64,000 nucleotides of DNA, taken from positions 62,001 through 126,000 of the forward strand of contig NIVC01002074.1 in NCBI GenBank assembly GCA_002269645.1, written 5' to 3'. Position 1 is the stretch's first letter; the number at the start of each line of letters is the position of its first letter. This document shows, piece after piece, positions 63,713-64,000 of this stretch. Both the position numbers and the translations under genes were made by a program. The notes under the pieces were generated by a model. The model was not told where the DNA came from and ran no database searches. It saw only the letters and a program-made list of their open reading frames with translations. This stretch comes from Macrostomum lignano. Lineage: Eukaryota.

Positions 63713-64000
63713 AACTTCGCCACAGGCTGCTGAAGCACTTTTATTGGCTTTCGGAGACACATACGGCTGGGTGACTGCAGGCAGTCAGCAGCAGCAAAAA
63801 CAGCAGCAGCAGCAGGAACAGCACACTCTGGAGCCGCCGCCACTAGCTGTGTTGCAGCTGGCCTGCGATTGGCTGCAATCTTGCGGCGGCAGCAGCGGTG
63901 GAAAGCAGCAATCCATGCAGCAGCAGCAGCAGCAGCAGCAACTGGCTACTCTGCTGCGCGGCGCCGGGGCACAGCGGCATGCCGAGCATTCGGCTCTGTA
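63713..64000 (+). CDS. INTS15: INTS15 next exon, runs off window
   Basis: tttgtag|A completes phase 2. SPQ...EPPPLAVLQLACDWL parallels SPR...IPPMDLLEMIVTWI. Contains poly-Q tracts. Confidence 0.78.

Overview
Eukaryotic (animal) genomic DNA: GC-rich spliceosomal exons separated by AT-rich introns, most long introns carrying their own minisatellite. The style suggests a flatworm such as Macrostomum, but this is inference only. Ten protein-coding loci were reconstructed by hand: 3' end of a FARP-like RhoGEF (+), NPL4 (-), SLC35B3/PAPST2 (-), an unidentified two-exon gene nested on the same strand inside SLC35B3 intron 2, COX6C (-), the 5' exons of a PDZ (ZASP/PDLIM-like) gene (+), an Ldh_2-family dehydrogenase (-), EEF1AKMT2/METTL10 (-), a stand-alone THAP-domain gene (+) and the 5' part of INTS15/C7orf26 (+). 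Mobile DNA includes a 5'-truncated Penelope-like retroelement with inverted terminal repeats each holding a decayed minimal hammerhead ribozyme, a dead hAT transposase riddled with nested MITEs, Merlin-, Kolobok- and hAT-type non-autonomous elements, and tRNA-derived SINEs. About 25 tandem arrays account for almost all long ORFs in the supplied track; these are not proteins. No rRNA, true tRNA or CRISPR was seen. All homology calls are from recalled motifs, not database searches.
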